A DNA stretch of 64,000 bases from the human T2T-CHM13v2.0 reference genome, Homo sapiens: the NCBI RefSeq assembly GCF_009914755.1, contig NC_060934.1, one strand, 5' to 3'. A program made the position numbers and the translations under genes. This document shows, piece after piece, positions 34,567 through 47,883 of the stretch (position 1 is its first letter; each line of letters starts with the position of its first letter). The notes beneath the pieces were generated by a model. That model saw nothing but the letters and a program-made list of their open reading frames with translations, was not told the DNA's origin and ran no database searches.

Positions 34567-37500
34567 ATTTACAGACACACACTCCCCAGAGCGAGGTGTC
34601 GCTCGTACACAGATCTGTTGCCCCACTGTGTCCTGCCTCAGCCTTTCTCTACCTACACACAGGGCATGAAGACATTCATTCAATGAATGTTCAGTTGAAT
34701 TTGCTGCAGGAGGAAGCATACAAAGACCCACTCCAAAGCTCTAAGACCCTTCCACTGGACATCTCTGTCTCTTCAGCAGCTTGCTTCCTATAGTAATCTG
34801 GTTCATTCACATAGATGTCATTTGACCGGACTGCTGACTTTAACCGCAATCCTCCCTCCTATTTACCAAGATGATCTCAATCGTCCAGAGGGAGTCACTG
34901 AGGGGTCTGAGAGATTGCAGGCCCCAGGCAATGATGATCAGTGGTACCGTGAGAGCATTAAGTGAGCTCTACATACTGGAATTTCTGCCACTTGCAGAAG
35001 AATTATACCCAGGGCTGCCATAAGCCACAAGGACATTAATAGCCAAGCAAAAGCACAAGATCATACGTCTCCGACAACACCTGTCAGTGACTTTCGCACA
35101 GGCAGCTTATTTTCTTAAACTAACGGTTTATTTAGCTGTCTTGAAAATATCTAAAGCAAAAAGGCAAAGTGTGTATAAATGGTAGCCTTGAGCAGACTAA
35201 TCTTCTAAGCAAGCATAGATTCATCATCTGATCAGATTCAAAAGACTAATGTTAAGAGCAGGAATAATTTATCTTCAGATCAGATTCAAAAGCAACAATA
35301 TTCCCTAATAAGTACTGTAGCAATAAAAATGCAACATTAACTTTAAAAGTATCAATGTGAGTGTCATTTTTTATTTTTAAATTACAGATGAGCACTAGCT
35401 ATGATGTAAGCAACTCGAAGCCACGTTCAACCAAGACCAAAGGTGACCTTATCAAATCACAAAGTAAACAGATCTGTCTTGTATACACACTGAAAGCAGG
35501 AGACAAACTGTAGAAAACTGTCACTATATTTTCATGCTATGTTTATATCATTTTTCCCTTGCTCTATAGTGCTCATACATGTTATTTTACTTTCTTTTCA
35601 GATGCTACAGAAAAGGCTGATTGTAGCTGGGGGGATTTGGGAGTACTGTGAAGTAAGTGTTTGGCTCTAGGTCGCGAAGAAACCAAGGGGACCTCTGGCC
35701 TGGGGCCTGTAGGCCAATTCCACTTTCAGAGCCAAATCCACATGTAATACATCAAATTACACCAAGAGGGCATGGGTGTAGGGACTCAAAGTCTTCCAGG
35801 TACCATGGGCCTCATAAAAACACATTTTAAGTAGGCAGAGGGCTGATGTTCTATTCTGTTCTGTTCTGTGGATGTCATTAAACCACGGACAGTTGGCTTA
35901 ACCATTATGTTCAATGACATCCATAGAACAGGAAAGAATAGAAATAGAACTTATTTTACTTTCCCAGGAAGTTTACTTTCCTGGTGAAAATTAATGCCCA
36001 GAAAAGCTAGCCAATCTAACTATGATCACATAGCTAGTTAGAGAAAGTGTTGGCATGAGAACTGTAGTTTTCTGACATTAAACTTTGAAGGGAAAACTGT
36101 AGCTCAGTCTTTAACATCTGTACTTGGGCATGATGGTGATTCAATCACCACTGACTATCAGCACGAAAATATTCGTGTAACTCTTTCTTTACAGAAAATT
36201 TCAGTGAAGGTGGCCAATGCATGTACCACATTTCAGTGCAGATGCACACACTCATGTATTTACTTGCCAATATTTATTGAGCATCTACTAAGTGGCAGGC
36301 ACTTGGCTGGCCTCTGGGGAATGTCACAGTGAACAAAGGAAAGGTTCCCTCTCTGGACATCCCATGAATCTGGAGGGTGGCAGACAAGTAAACAGACTAT
36401 TAGGATACAGGGATATTAACATATGGATGCAGAGCTAAGGGCTCAAACAGGACAGGCAACCAAGCCAGTCTTATAGGGGTGCTGAAAGGGCTTCGAACTG
36501 AGACTTCAGGGACCAGTAAGAATTATTAAGGCCAAGAGGGACTGAAAGAACACAGCTAGTTCCCTGGAACATAGAATTCCAGGAAACTGGGGAGACACCA
36601 AAGGTAAAATCATGACGAGCCCAGAAAGCCACTTTATCTGGAAGACTATTTTTTCTTTCAAGGATTATTTAGATAACAGCATACCTCACAGGTGGTTTGA
36701 TTTTTATAAACATGTTCCTATAGAACTGAGAGCTGCCGGCAGATCACTTTTAATGTTAAACACAGAACTACCATCAATGGACTAATTGTAAAGAAATGAA
36801 ATATGATAAGATATACGACATGCTTAGCACAGGGCAAAATTAAATCGATTTTGATAGAGCACTCGGGTGAGGATCTGGTAGTTCCTAATGGAGGTATTGA
36901 GATCTAGAGAAGTAGAGAAAGGACAGCTTAATCTGGACTAAGCCTATAAACTATCCTGAAATTTTTTCATTAAGGTCAGTTGAGCATTTGAGCAGTCTGC
37001 TTATTGCGCTGTCTCTGACTGATGAAAGCTGAATGCATAGGTAAAATTTTATTTAGAGTGTTGTATGTGCTTAGTTATAGATGAGTGGATTTTTACTGTG
37101 TAATGTACAGGTTTGCAGCATGAGATTATGGAGTATAGATTTTTTAAGCGGTTGCCATAACATTTCAGAAATAAAAGGCACAGACGCTGGTCATGGGGAG
37201 TTCAGAATTTTTGCAAATTATAATAATCTCTGCATTTATAACGTTCAGGGCCTGCGTGCACATAGCGATGACCATGCTGTGCACTGTGATCTCATTCGCA
37301 TGCCAGTGAAGAAAGTCTCTGGGTTCCTTCTAGCTCACCTGTAATCTCAGACAATGCCTGCGGTAACCTACCGGAGGCCTCACCAACTCAGAGCTGGAGT
37401 ATTTGGGCTAAATGACGATGAACCAATTAGTAAAAATTAGTAATTAAAGGTCTGATGGGACAGAAAAGGACTCAAGTGCCCATGTACTTCAGACAGCCCA

Positions 37501-37654
37501 GTGGGCAATGGGTTTTTATTCCAACAGGTGAACTTGCCTAATGTGAAATGTGAAATTACACAGGAATGAGATGATGATCAATGAAAGTCTATCTATTTTT
37601 CTCTCTCGTAAGAGAAACAAGTAGGGATGAAAGGCAAGGCTTTTACTAATATTA

Positions 37655-37915
<261 letters not shown>

Positions 37916-38685
37916 TTAGGGAAGGCATGAAACTTTTCTCTGGTGTTATCAACTGGGCTTAGGAATATAAGAAAGGAAGACTCAATACTTTAGGCTTTTC
38001 CCCATACCAGCTTTGTTTCACTTTCTTGCTTATTACTGAGAACTTGTACACAGTGTAGACAGACACAGGAGCTATTGACGTTTCAAGGTATAAGCCCTCA
38101 TACCTAACCTGGGATCTAGAAATGAGAAATCTGCTCTTCATTCAGGCCTAACTAAACTTTTTTTTATTGTGAAAACTAAGCATTTGAGCCTAAAAATAAA
38201 ACCAAAACATTAGAGTAATACAGAATGCCACACCTTGTATCTTTAGCTATCAGAAGGCACCTCGCAGGGACTGAATCGGTGTATGTTGAATGCACACAGG
38301 GACTGACAGATACGCATCAGTGCAACCAAACCTGCGTGATCAGCGCAACCAAACATGCATGACCAGCGCTTGTCACGTATTTGAATACAACGCTTATCTC
38401 GCCGCAGCACCACTGTCAATAAATGCCAGACAGGCAACGTGCTGTGCTGGGCAGCGCTTTACACAGCATTTCAACCTATTGCTTTAATTTTGTTTTCAAA
38501 ATGGAGATGTGGCTTATCAATAAGCCCCCGATCACCTAAGCCCTTGTATTTCTTACAATTGTCTTTCTTTCCTGTTTGTGTGTTATTTAAAGGGACAAGC
38601 TCATCACCCAGGTTCTTTAGGTCTAAGGAAGTCTCTCCCTGGTTGCTTTTCAGAGTTGTCCAGACAGGAAGGGTGGCCAGTGTGA

Positions 38686-39084
<399 letters not shown>

Positions 39085-40700
39085 TAGTGGTTGTCAATAG
39101 GATGAACTACTTCATCTCTTGGACTTCTCGGGACACAGGGGAAAGAACTACTCTCTTTGGGTGGCACTGGAGACCATTTTAATTTGCTTTTTCCAGTTCA
39201 TTGCTGCATGAACTTGGGAGAAAAGCTGGGAAATTTTCTGGGTACACAGGAAGTCACAGACCTTTTATGTTTCCTGATTTAATGCTGGAAATATCCTCTT
39301 TCTAGACTACTGATTTATATGATCTAAAAAGAGACTGAATAAACCTATCTTTAACATTATATGAAAAACAGTACTTTTTTTTTAACATGAGGTCTTTGAA
39401 CACAGATATTTACACCAGGACAACGCAAGAAACTTCAACAAATTAAGCACAGAGTACAGCAAGAGCCTGGCATTTTCTGCAAGGCCAGTGAGGCAGGATG
39501 CAAGGTGGTGTGTGTGCAGAGTGGCAACTTGTTTCCGTATTAATTTAAGGGATAATGTAAATAAAAACCCTCTCTTCTTCCTTAGGACACAGCATCATAT
39601 GATCTTGTGTTTTAGCTAACTATACTCATTTCATCTGCTGGACTATAGGCTCCTTTAAGGTAGAAATTATATCGACTGTTATTGCATTTGTCCATCACCA
39701 TACCATGGTCTTAAAAATATTTTATGCAGAAAGAAGTGAGGAAGGTAAGAAAACAATGACGAAAGCAGCATTCAGTACGACACACCAGCCAGCGGGCTTC
39801 TGCTCTGGGCAGGCCAGGTGGATACACTGTTCCCTCCTTCTCCCACTAGGCCTAAGTAAGATCCATGGGCATTATATACAAATTCACAAACAGAAGACTC
39901 TGGAAGGTGGAGAAAGGAGGGCAGACCGGCTAGGGGCCTGGGCCCCCAGCTGACAGCACAGTGCTGAGCTCTCTGGTTGTTGTGGTTGCTGTTTGTGTGT
40001 GAGCTTCATGCCCCTGAGACTTGGAGCTGAAGAAGCTGCAACCCAGATTTGCCAAAAGGCACTGACAGGAGGCTCAACCAAAACCAGTTCTCTCCAGACA
40101 AAGGCCTGGCCAAGGGGTGGCCCAGCAAGACAAAAAACCGTGAGACAGCAGCATCTCTTCTGCAGCTGAACATCACAGGGAGGGCTGGACGGACCCCACT
40201 GAGAGCAGCCAAGGCAGAGTGTGCTATCCTGACTTCCGGCCTGGCCAGGTGGCAACTGGGCACCCCATCCCACCACTGACCTGGCATCTGAAAGGGCCAG
40301 CCAGGGAACTGGGACTCTCACCCCTGCCTGGTGGTAAAGAGCCCCCACTGTAGAGTCGGTGGAGATGGCAGGGGGAGCGTGGACTCGCACCCCTCACCTG
40401 GCAGCAACAGGCACCTCCCACCCCTGCTGGGTGGTGTCACTAGAGCCTGGAAGAGTCACCCCTCCGCCCCCCACCATGGCACTGGTGGGGCCTGAGAGGA
40501 GCAGGAATGAGGCTCTGTCTCTCGTCCCTGCCAGGCAGCTCTCAGCAGGGGCCTTGGAGGGAGAAGGGTCTCGCACACCTGCCGAGCAGCGCCGAAGAAC
40601 CCCCTCGCAGGTGTCACGAGGAAGCCGGCTAGGACACGAGGTTCATTTCAGATGCAGAGTCTCAGCACATCAAACAATCGACACGCGGCAACCACCGTAC

Positions 40701-40829
40701 CTGCTCCTGAAATATCTTGGCCAAGGGGGCACAGTCTGTCAGCTTAATGAACCTCACCACGTCGGTGACCGTCCACTCCAACGGGTTGCTCTCCAGAACC
40801 AGTCTCTCCTCCTCCTCCTGTTTCGTGTC
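40701..40829 (-). CDS. SFMBT2: SFMBT2 penultimate exon, 129 nt: [43 protein letters not shown] (SAM domain N-half)
   Basis: Acceptor ccctttctctgcAG, donor GTACGG; W-x-x-x-D-V SAM signature; phase 0/0. Confidence 0.96.
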
Positions 40830-41629
40830 CTGCAGAGAAAGGGCAGGAGGAGCTCAGCTGCGGCACAGTCAGCTGGCTGGGTCCTCTCCAGCACTCTCCA
40901 GGCCTCGGCCGTTCCTGGCCGGAAGCCACTGCCTCCCTTTGCTCCCTCACTGGGCACCTGAAAAAGCTGCACACACTCTCAGTCCCTGAGAAAGTTCTTG
41001 GCTCAGTGATGATGCCCCCTGCAATGACTCATGTGCCTTCAGATGGAAGAAGGCAGGCACAGTGACAGTCGCTCTTGCATCCCTAGTTCAGGAAACCTTG
41101 GGCCTGCTTATGAACGAAGCATCTCTGATTAGAGAAAAGAGGAGAAATACAAGGGGCACGTCCAAGCAGACACGAGACAGTGTCCCCCAGTGTTTCTGTA
41201 ATGGTGGTGCCAGTGGCCCTTTCTGCTGATCTCACACCACCCATGGGGCTAGGGGAGACCTGAAACACTGATTAAATATTTTAAAACATCACAGAGGTGT
41301 CCTATAGAGGGGACGTGGGAGCAAGACACAGCGCAGTCAGGGGAGATGCGGGGAAGGAATTTCTGGAAACCCAGACTTCAAAGGAAACTGAGGACTGTGC
41401 CCTCCTCCTGACAAGAACCCAGGTGGCACTAAAGCCGTCCAGGAAAGAGGCGCTGTCTCCACCCTGGGCACTCCATTCTGATGCCGAAAGGCCCCTCCAC
41501 CCAGAGGTGAAGTGCCAGCCTTTGTTCCTGACTTGGGAACTAGCTAGAGCAGCTGCTGCTGTTGGAGGTATTTTAAACAGGTTTCCCCACATCGTGGCCC
41601 TGAAGTGTAACAGGTGTGCTTCTTCAGAC

Positions 41630-42400
41630 CCAGCGGGAAGCCCTCTGTCCCCACGCCCGGGCATCACCTCTGTCCCCTCGGGCTTGGTCGGCGGGCACTT
41701 CTCCCCTTCCTCTGCTGAGGAGGCAGCCGGCGCCCCGCGGCCCCTTCGTGTCCTCTCTGGGGGTGGCCGGCGCACGGGCTCTGAGCCGCTCCGCAGGGTG
41801 ACGGCCCTCCGGGGCCGGGCCGAGGGCACCTCCGCCGACGAGGTGTCCGTCTGGTCATCCCGGAGCTCGGAGCCGGTCTCCTCACTGGCGGTGTCATCGT
41901 CCATGGCGTCAGCGTCCTCCTCTTCACTTTCCTGGGAAGGAGGAAAAGGCATTTAAGGGGCTGGTGGCCCGGGGGCCTGTAGCGGTGGCCCCGCGGTCAG
42001 ACCCTGGGCCCAGTGCAGACCACCTAGCAAACCCTCGGAAATGGAGCCAGTGGTCCCACCCGTGGGCCCTACGAGGCCCTTCCCAGCCAAAGCAGCTGGA
42101 CACACTACATTTGTTTTCAGCAAGTAAGGAGGAGGGGGCTCTTCTTCAGTGTTTCTGACCATCTTGCCACAATCTCCAGGGCCACCTCTGCTGTGAAGCA
42201 GCCACACTTGCCGGCCAGGGCCAGATGACAGAGCTACAGGCTGGCAGGTGCCCCGGGCAGAACATACCTCCCCCGAGCCCGCGGTGAAGTCCACGGCAGA
42301 AGACCTCCGTTTCTTCTGCACGAAAATGGATTTCCGTCGCTTCCTCCGCCTGGCGGGTTTGGGGTGTCCGCTGTCGGGGTTGCTTTCCCCGATGGGGGGC
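41630..42400. promoter_or_regulatory. Intragenic CpG-rich/GC-rich island over two SFMBT2 exons
   Basis: Dense CpGs (e.g. gccggcgccccgcgg, ccggggccgggccg) against a CpG-depleted background. Confidence 0.65.
41668..41931 (-). CDS. SFMBT2: SFMBT2 coding exon, 264 nt: [27 protein letters not shown]...[15 protein letters not shown] (acidic/low-complexity linker)
   Basis: Inside ORF 41302..41952(-); acceptor tttcctccttcccAG, donor GTGATG; phase 0/0. Confidence 0.93.
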
Positions 42401-42434
42401 TTGGAGATCTTCTTTCTCTTTCCATAGTAATAGG
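42268..42434 (-). CDS. SFMBT2: SFMBT2 coding exon, 167 nt: [55 protein letters not shown] (basic, NLS-like)
   Basis: Inside ORF 41953..42486(-); acceptor cttccttcctacAG, donor GTATGT; A+CC=Thr joins the upstream exon in frame. Confidence 0.95.
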
Positions 42435-42619
42435 CTGTAGGAAGGAAGATGAGAAACTTTTGAAGGCTATACACACACACAGACATGAACAGAGAGAGGA
42501 GAGAGAAAGAAGGGAAACGATTCTTTCATCTGATAGTTCATTTGTGCCTTACGAAGTCATTCTGAGAAAACAGACCCACAGGAGAAGCACTGCTCCAAAG
42601 CTTCAGGTCTGGAAGGTGT

Positions 42620-42972
42620 TCGGGCTGAACTTGGCCCGTCCCCAGTGTTGAAGCCCAAACCCCCAAAGTGAGTGTATCTGGATGTCCCGAACCCCCAAAG
42701 TGAGTGTACAAGGGTGGGGCCCTAATCCAATAGGACATTAATGAGGTCCTAAGAGTGTCCAGGAGAGACACCAAGGACCCAAGACCCAAAGGAGAGGCCC
42801 CATGAGGACACAGGGTGCAGGTGGCTGCCTGAGGCCCAGGAAGGATCTCATCAGAAACCAAAGCTGCTGACACCCTGATCTTGGACTTCCAGCTTCCAGG
42901 ACTGTGGGAGGTAAGTGTGCGCAGTGAAAGCTCAGGGTCTGTGGTATGTTGTTGTAAGCCAGAGCTGACTTC
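42620..42972 (+). mobile_element. MaLR LTR (MLT1-type)
   Basis: ggtggggccctaatccaatagga...ctgacaccctgatcttggacttccagcttccaggactgtg. Confidence 0.7.
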
Positions 42973-44716
42973 TGCAGAAGGTGAAAGAGACAAAGGTGTC
43001 CACAGTTCCCACGGGAGTTTATCCCTGTCTGGACCCCAGACACTGCATACAGTGGTGGCAATGACATCCACCGGAGTGCTCTGACACCTGCTCCCAAGTC
43101 TGAATCTTGAGCGACTGGTCAGTCAGCAAGCACTGGGTGAACATCTGCTGGCGTGGTCCTGGCATGAGGGACTCCCCCAGCTCTTGGTCCGACCAAGATA
43201 AGCTATGATCCTGAACACGTGGGCCAAATTCACCAAGCACTTTTCCTCTTCTCAGAGTTCCTTCTCTATTACATCATTGTATACTTTATTTCCTTCTCAT
43301 TTGCTGGGACTCACATTGCTTCTGAATTCTACAGCAGAGACACAGGTGTACATCTTAATTCAAAAATTATTTATTGAACTTTAGTAGTGATTAATGTTTT
43401 TTATAAACAAAATGTATCATCAGCTAATGAAAACCACCACTAAGGATCCAGCATTCAATTACGACCCAGACGCCTACTCATTAATAAAAGGTTCAACCGT
43501 CCCACTATGTGATGCCCATGAGCCACAAAATAACTGAATGCAGCCAAGGAACCTTTATCTACGAATGGGGTGGGCCAAAGCAAAATGGCAAATGCACCAC
43601 CCCTGGTTTGCAGCAGCCCCGTTGCAGGGAGCATGATTTTAGTGCATTCTCACAGTACTGAGTCGTGGGCTTTGTCCTACAGGTAAGTCACCTATCCTTT
43701 CTGCACCCCAATTTCCTTACTTACAAAATGAGACCATCAGGACTAACAAGCATAGGTTTCCTTCAGGCCTAAGACCCTCTATGTCCCACCTCTTCCCCTG
43801 CGTTTGATCACAGCATGGCATTTGGAAAAACTGTCGGGAAGCCGCACAGCAGCAGCCCTGTAACTCCCAGGAGGCACACCTGCTCCGGGAGCCCCGGCCT
43901 GTTCTCATCAATCTCTCAAAAGGAGCAGCTGGCAGGAGAGCTTGGAACAATGTCCCGTGTCCAGTTCTATAAGGACCGTGTTACTCAGTGAGCAGGAATA
44001 AACTGCCGTGGGCGAGCATTGCTCTGTGGCCATCTCCAGGTACGGGGCAAATGAGCAAGCCTCTGTCCCCTCCCAAACCCCAAGCGTGCATGACAGGGCC
44101 AGGGCAGGCTGGCTTCTTAGAAGCCAGTGGCTGGGGATGAGAACTGGTTTTAGGGAATGCAGCCAAAGGCCAGTATGTGTTTGGAGCCTTAGAACGAGAC
44201 TGGGTGACCCCTGCTTTTCCAGTGTTTGACTCCCCCAAAATATCATTCTGTCCTCCTCCCACTGGAGCCTCTGTTCAGCCTTTAGTAACATTCATTATAA
44301 ATTAACCCAAAGGATCTTGGGACTTAAGAGTTTTATTATATGAGATCCGGAGACATCTCTGAGTTCATTTCGGCAATGCTGAATGGGAGGTGTGGGACCC
44401 TGCTCCTTCCCTGCCATTCCCAGTGTCCTGGAAGAACACAGAAGCCCACCTGGCAGGTAAGCATTCACCGTACACGGCAAAGGCGAGCCCTCGGTTAGGC
44501 CTTTCTTACTCAGGAGCTGCTGTTTCCCAGTGAAGCCCTCCCCTGGAAAAAGGTGCAGTGATGGAGAAACAAGCTCTTCCGGAACCAGGTGACCTGCTGG
44601 GCCAACACACCTGCGGGCCCTACCTGAGAGGCCCTGTGCACAGAATGAGGGGAGGTCTGTGTGATCAGTGAGGGCACAGCTGGCCTCCATCAGAAGGCAG
44701 AGTGGCAAGGGGACTC

Positions 44717-44744
44717 TGTGTGTGTGTGTGTGTTGTGTGTGTGT
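44717..44744. repeat. (GT)n microsatellite, interrupted
   Basis: Direct reading. Confidence 0.9.
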
Positions 44745-45762
44745 AGAAACACACTGAGAGATAATAAAATACAAAGAAAGTCACACTCTCCACAGCGTTT
44801 CCAGTACATTCAGATTCCTGGTTCCAGCACCCATGTTGACAAACGTCACAAGTGACTGTGGCTCACAGAGCACTGGCCACATGGCCAAGCCCTTGTCACA
44901 TCCCAGCTGGCTGGAACGTGGCTGGCAGAGCTAACTTCCAGGTCACTCCCCCTTGCATTAGAGAGAACTGAGGGGAGACGCAGGAAACTCAGAACTGTGG
45001 GTCAGAGGGAGAGAACAGGACTCAGGCACAGGAGGTGGAGGTGTCTGGGAGTGGCTACTATGGATGGAGAAGGTCATCAGAAAGAAAGAAGGGCAGGGCT
45101 CAGGGGAAGCGGTTGCCCAAGGCCAGACATCCTCGAATGGGACTGGGGATGGAAGAGGCAAGAGCTGAAGGTAGGAGAGTGGGGACAGCTCTGAGTCCTG
45201 CACCCTGTGTCCTGGGAGAGAGGCAAAGCCAACTGGCAGAAAAGAAAGTGATGGTGGCTTCTGAGTCCTCCATGGCTCTCTTCAGTGAGGGTGCTGAGGA
45301 AGGCGTCTAAACATGAGAAGCCGATTATGACAAGGATGTGGCCCCCGTATCAAGAAGGGCAATGAAAGCATCATTACACTATCCCAGAGTAAGGACTGAA
45401 AGAGTCATCTGGGTTACTGTTACTGTGATCAATTTTACTGTGCTCTCCTGCCATCCATTGAGCTGTAGAATCAATCAATCCACTGAAACTCATGACAGTA
45501 CACACAGTTCCTCTTCTTCTTTTCCAAGGCCTACCAATGAAAATTCATCCTGTTTTAAATCATCCCATCCCCTCCGTATGTCAGGCTAAAAACACATGTA
45601 TCTGCTACAGCAAATCCTTAAAAATCCTTCCATAGCAATTCCTATGGAAGACTAGTCAAAAGGTTCAAAAAGAAAAAAGCAAATGAAACAAAAACCAAAT
45701 ACCTTAGAGTGCAGTTTAGGTCTCTGGGCTCATGCATTTCTTTTTTCATTATTTGTACTTAC

Positions 45763-45938
45763 TGTATTTGGTTTTGGTATGAATGGAGCAGTTCTCTGGG
45801 CAGTTTTCAGATATCAGCACAGGACTAAACAAATTTGGACAGCACTCTAGCTTGGCACAGACTCGGCGGCAGAAATTTGCGACTTGGTCAGATGTCCGTA
45901 CGATTTTGACCACAGCCCTGTATGTTTTGCCTCTGTAT
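45763..45938 (-). CDS. SFMBT2: SFMBT2 coding exon, 176 nt: [58 protein letters not shown](T)
   Basis: Acceptor ctattttctAG, donor GTAAGT; phase 2 in, phase 1 out; Cys-rich end of the SLED region typical of SFMBT/SCM-like proteins. Confidence 0.95.
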
Positions 45939-47187
45939 CTAGAAAATAGGTGGGGAAGAAAAGCGAGGGCAAGACCAGATTATGATTCAGGCCTATTCTG
46001 TACCACACATTCCGAAGGCAGCAACTTCATTTTCCAATGACAAAGCATATCGCGTGCAGTTTCCCATGTTGCTTCTGTTATTTCTCACAGAGATATTTAT
46101 AAGAAGTGCTCACTAGTGTGCAACAAATGTGTCGTAACAGTGCTAAACCAGAATCCACTTCCATAAACACCCCCACATGTAGCACACCTTCATTTTGCTA
46201 TATACAACTTCATACCAAAGATGAGCGGTGCGGGATACATACCTGATGGGCATGGCTCTCGAAATGAGGTTAGTGAAATCGAATGGGTATTTTCCTGTTG
46301 CTATCATATTTCATTTTTGAAAAATGTGAGTGCATATGGGATCAGGATTCTGCCTTGAAAACCATGCAAATTCAGAACACTGAAAGGATATCTTTGTCAA
46401 GACTGTGTATCATATTGTTGAAATGGGGACGATTTCCATTATTCATAAATGGCATCTGTGCAGAATGGTGATAGGTAAGCAAGGTCACATTTAAATGGAC
46501 AGAAACACAATGGATTTTATAAGGGGAAAAAAAGAAAGAAAAAAGCTACCATTAAAAATGCAGAGTGACTGTATGATTGGGACCTGGAAACCGAGTGAAG
46601 ACCCCCAGCCTTGCAGACACTGGCAGCAAGTGGCTTCAGTGTAAACAGAATCGTAAGGGGTCTCCGGTGGATGAGTGGCAGTTAAAGGAAAAGGCTGCTG
46701 TATCTCTCAAGTGTAAAGGGAGCAACGTGAAATGGTAATGCCGCTTGCCATACTCTGCCCATGAGGGTAACTGGCCACTCCTCTCCTCTAGGTTGGGATG
46801 GTGAAAGATTGCTCCAGGAACTAAAACTTGCTTCCACCTGCTCTCCAGTCCCCCCAGCAACCCCCTCCATGGCTTCGGTTGCTTTCTCCGAAGCAGTAAA
46901 TCGAATCCTTTCTGAACATGCACACCTTCACCGCAATTCCCCACAGACTCAAATCTTGATTGAGTGATAGATAGTGGATGAAATCATACTGCAAGGAGAA
47001 TGCACGCTGGAATCAACAGTACTTCATATGCATCTCTATTTCTTATTAGACTGAGGTCTTTGGAAAGCTACAGTCTATTTGTGTATTAGGAAAAAATAAA
47101 AGGCATTTCTCCAGTTAAATCTCCCCCCGCCCCCCGCAAAAAGCGGTAAATCTAACTGAGGGGCCTCACATAGGAGACCTTCATTCT

Positions 47188-47883
47188 TATTATATGGATT
47201 GAACCATGTCCCTCCTAAATTCATAGGTTGAAGCCATAACCCCCGATAGGACTGTAATTGAAGATGGGGCTTTCAATGAGGTAATTAAATTAAACGAGGT
47301 TATAAGGGTGGGGACCTAATCCCATAGGAGTGGTGGCCTTGTAAGAAGATGAAAAGTTTGAGTGTGGAGGTTCATCCTTGTCATCTCAGCACTTTGGGAG
47401 GCCGAGGCAGGAGGACTGCTAGAGCCCAGAGGTTTAAGACCAGACTGAGCAGCATAGCGAGACCCCCATCTCTACAAAAAATTTAAAAACTATGGGCACG
47501 GTGGGGCACTACTGGGGAGGCTGAGAAGGCTGAGGCAGGAGGATTCCTTGAGCACAGGCGGTCAAGGCTGCAATAAGCTATGATTGTACCACTGTACTCC
47601 AGCCTGGGCGACACAGTGGGGCTCTGTCTCTTAAAAAAAAAAAGAAGAAGAAGAAGAAGAAGTTGAAAAGCCACCAGGGGTGTACATGCACAGAGACTAG
47701 ACCATGTGAGGGCAGAGGGAGAAGGTGGCCATCCACAAGCCAAAAAGAGAAGCTTAAGGAGAAACCAACCCTGGCACCTTCATCTTGGACTTTAGGTCTC
47801 CAGAGCACTGAGAGAATAAACATCGTTGCAAAAGCCATGTGGCCTGTGGCTCTTTGCTGCACAGCCTGGGCTGACTGAGACAA
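47188..47883 (+). mobile_element. MaLR LTR (MLT1-type) interrupted by an AluJ-like element (~47365-47662) with a (GAA)n tail
   Basis: MLT1 5' half (aaattcataggttgaagcc...ggtggggacctaatccc) and 3' half (ggcaccttcatcttggacttt...gactgagaca) flank an Alu. Confidence 0.75.

Noticed and set aside
40359-41956. 200- and 219-aa + strand ORFs
   Set aside because: Antisense shadows of GC-rich SFMBT2 exons
45703-45762. Alternative donor AAG|GTATTT 60 nt downstream of the true donor
   Set aside because: Weaker than the GTAAGT site, and the extension has an in-frame TAA; no support
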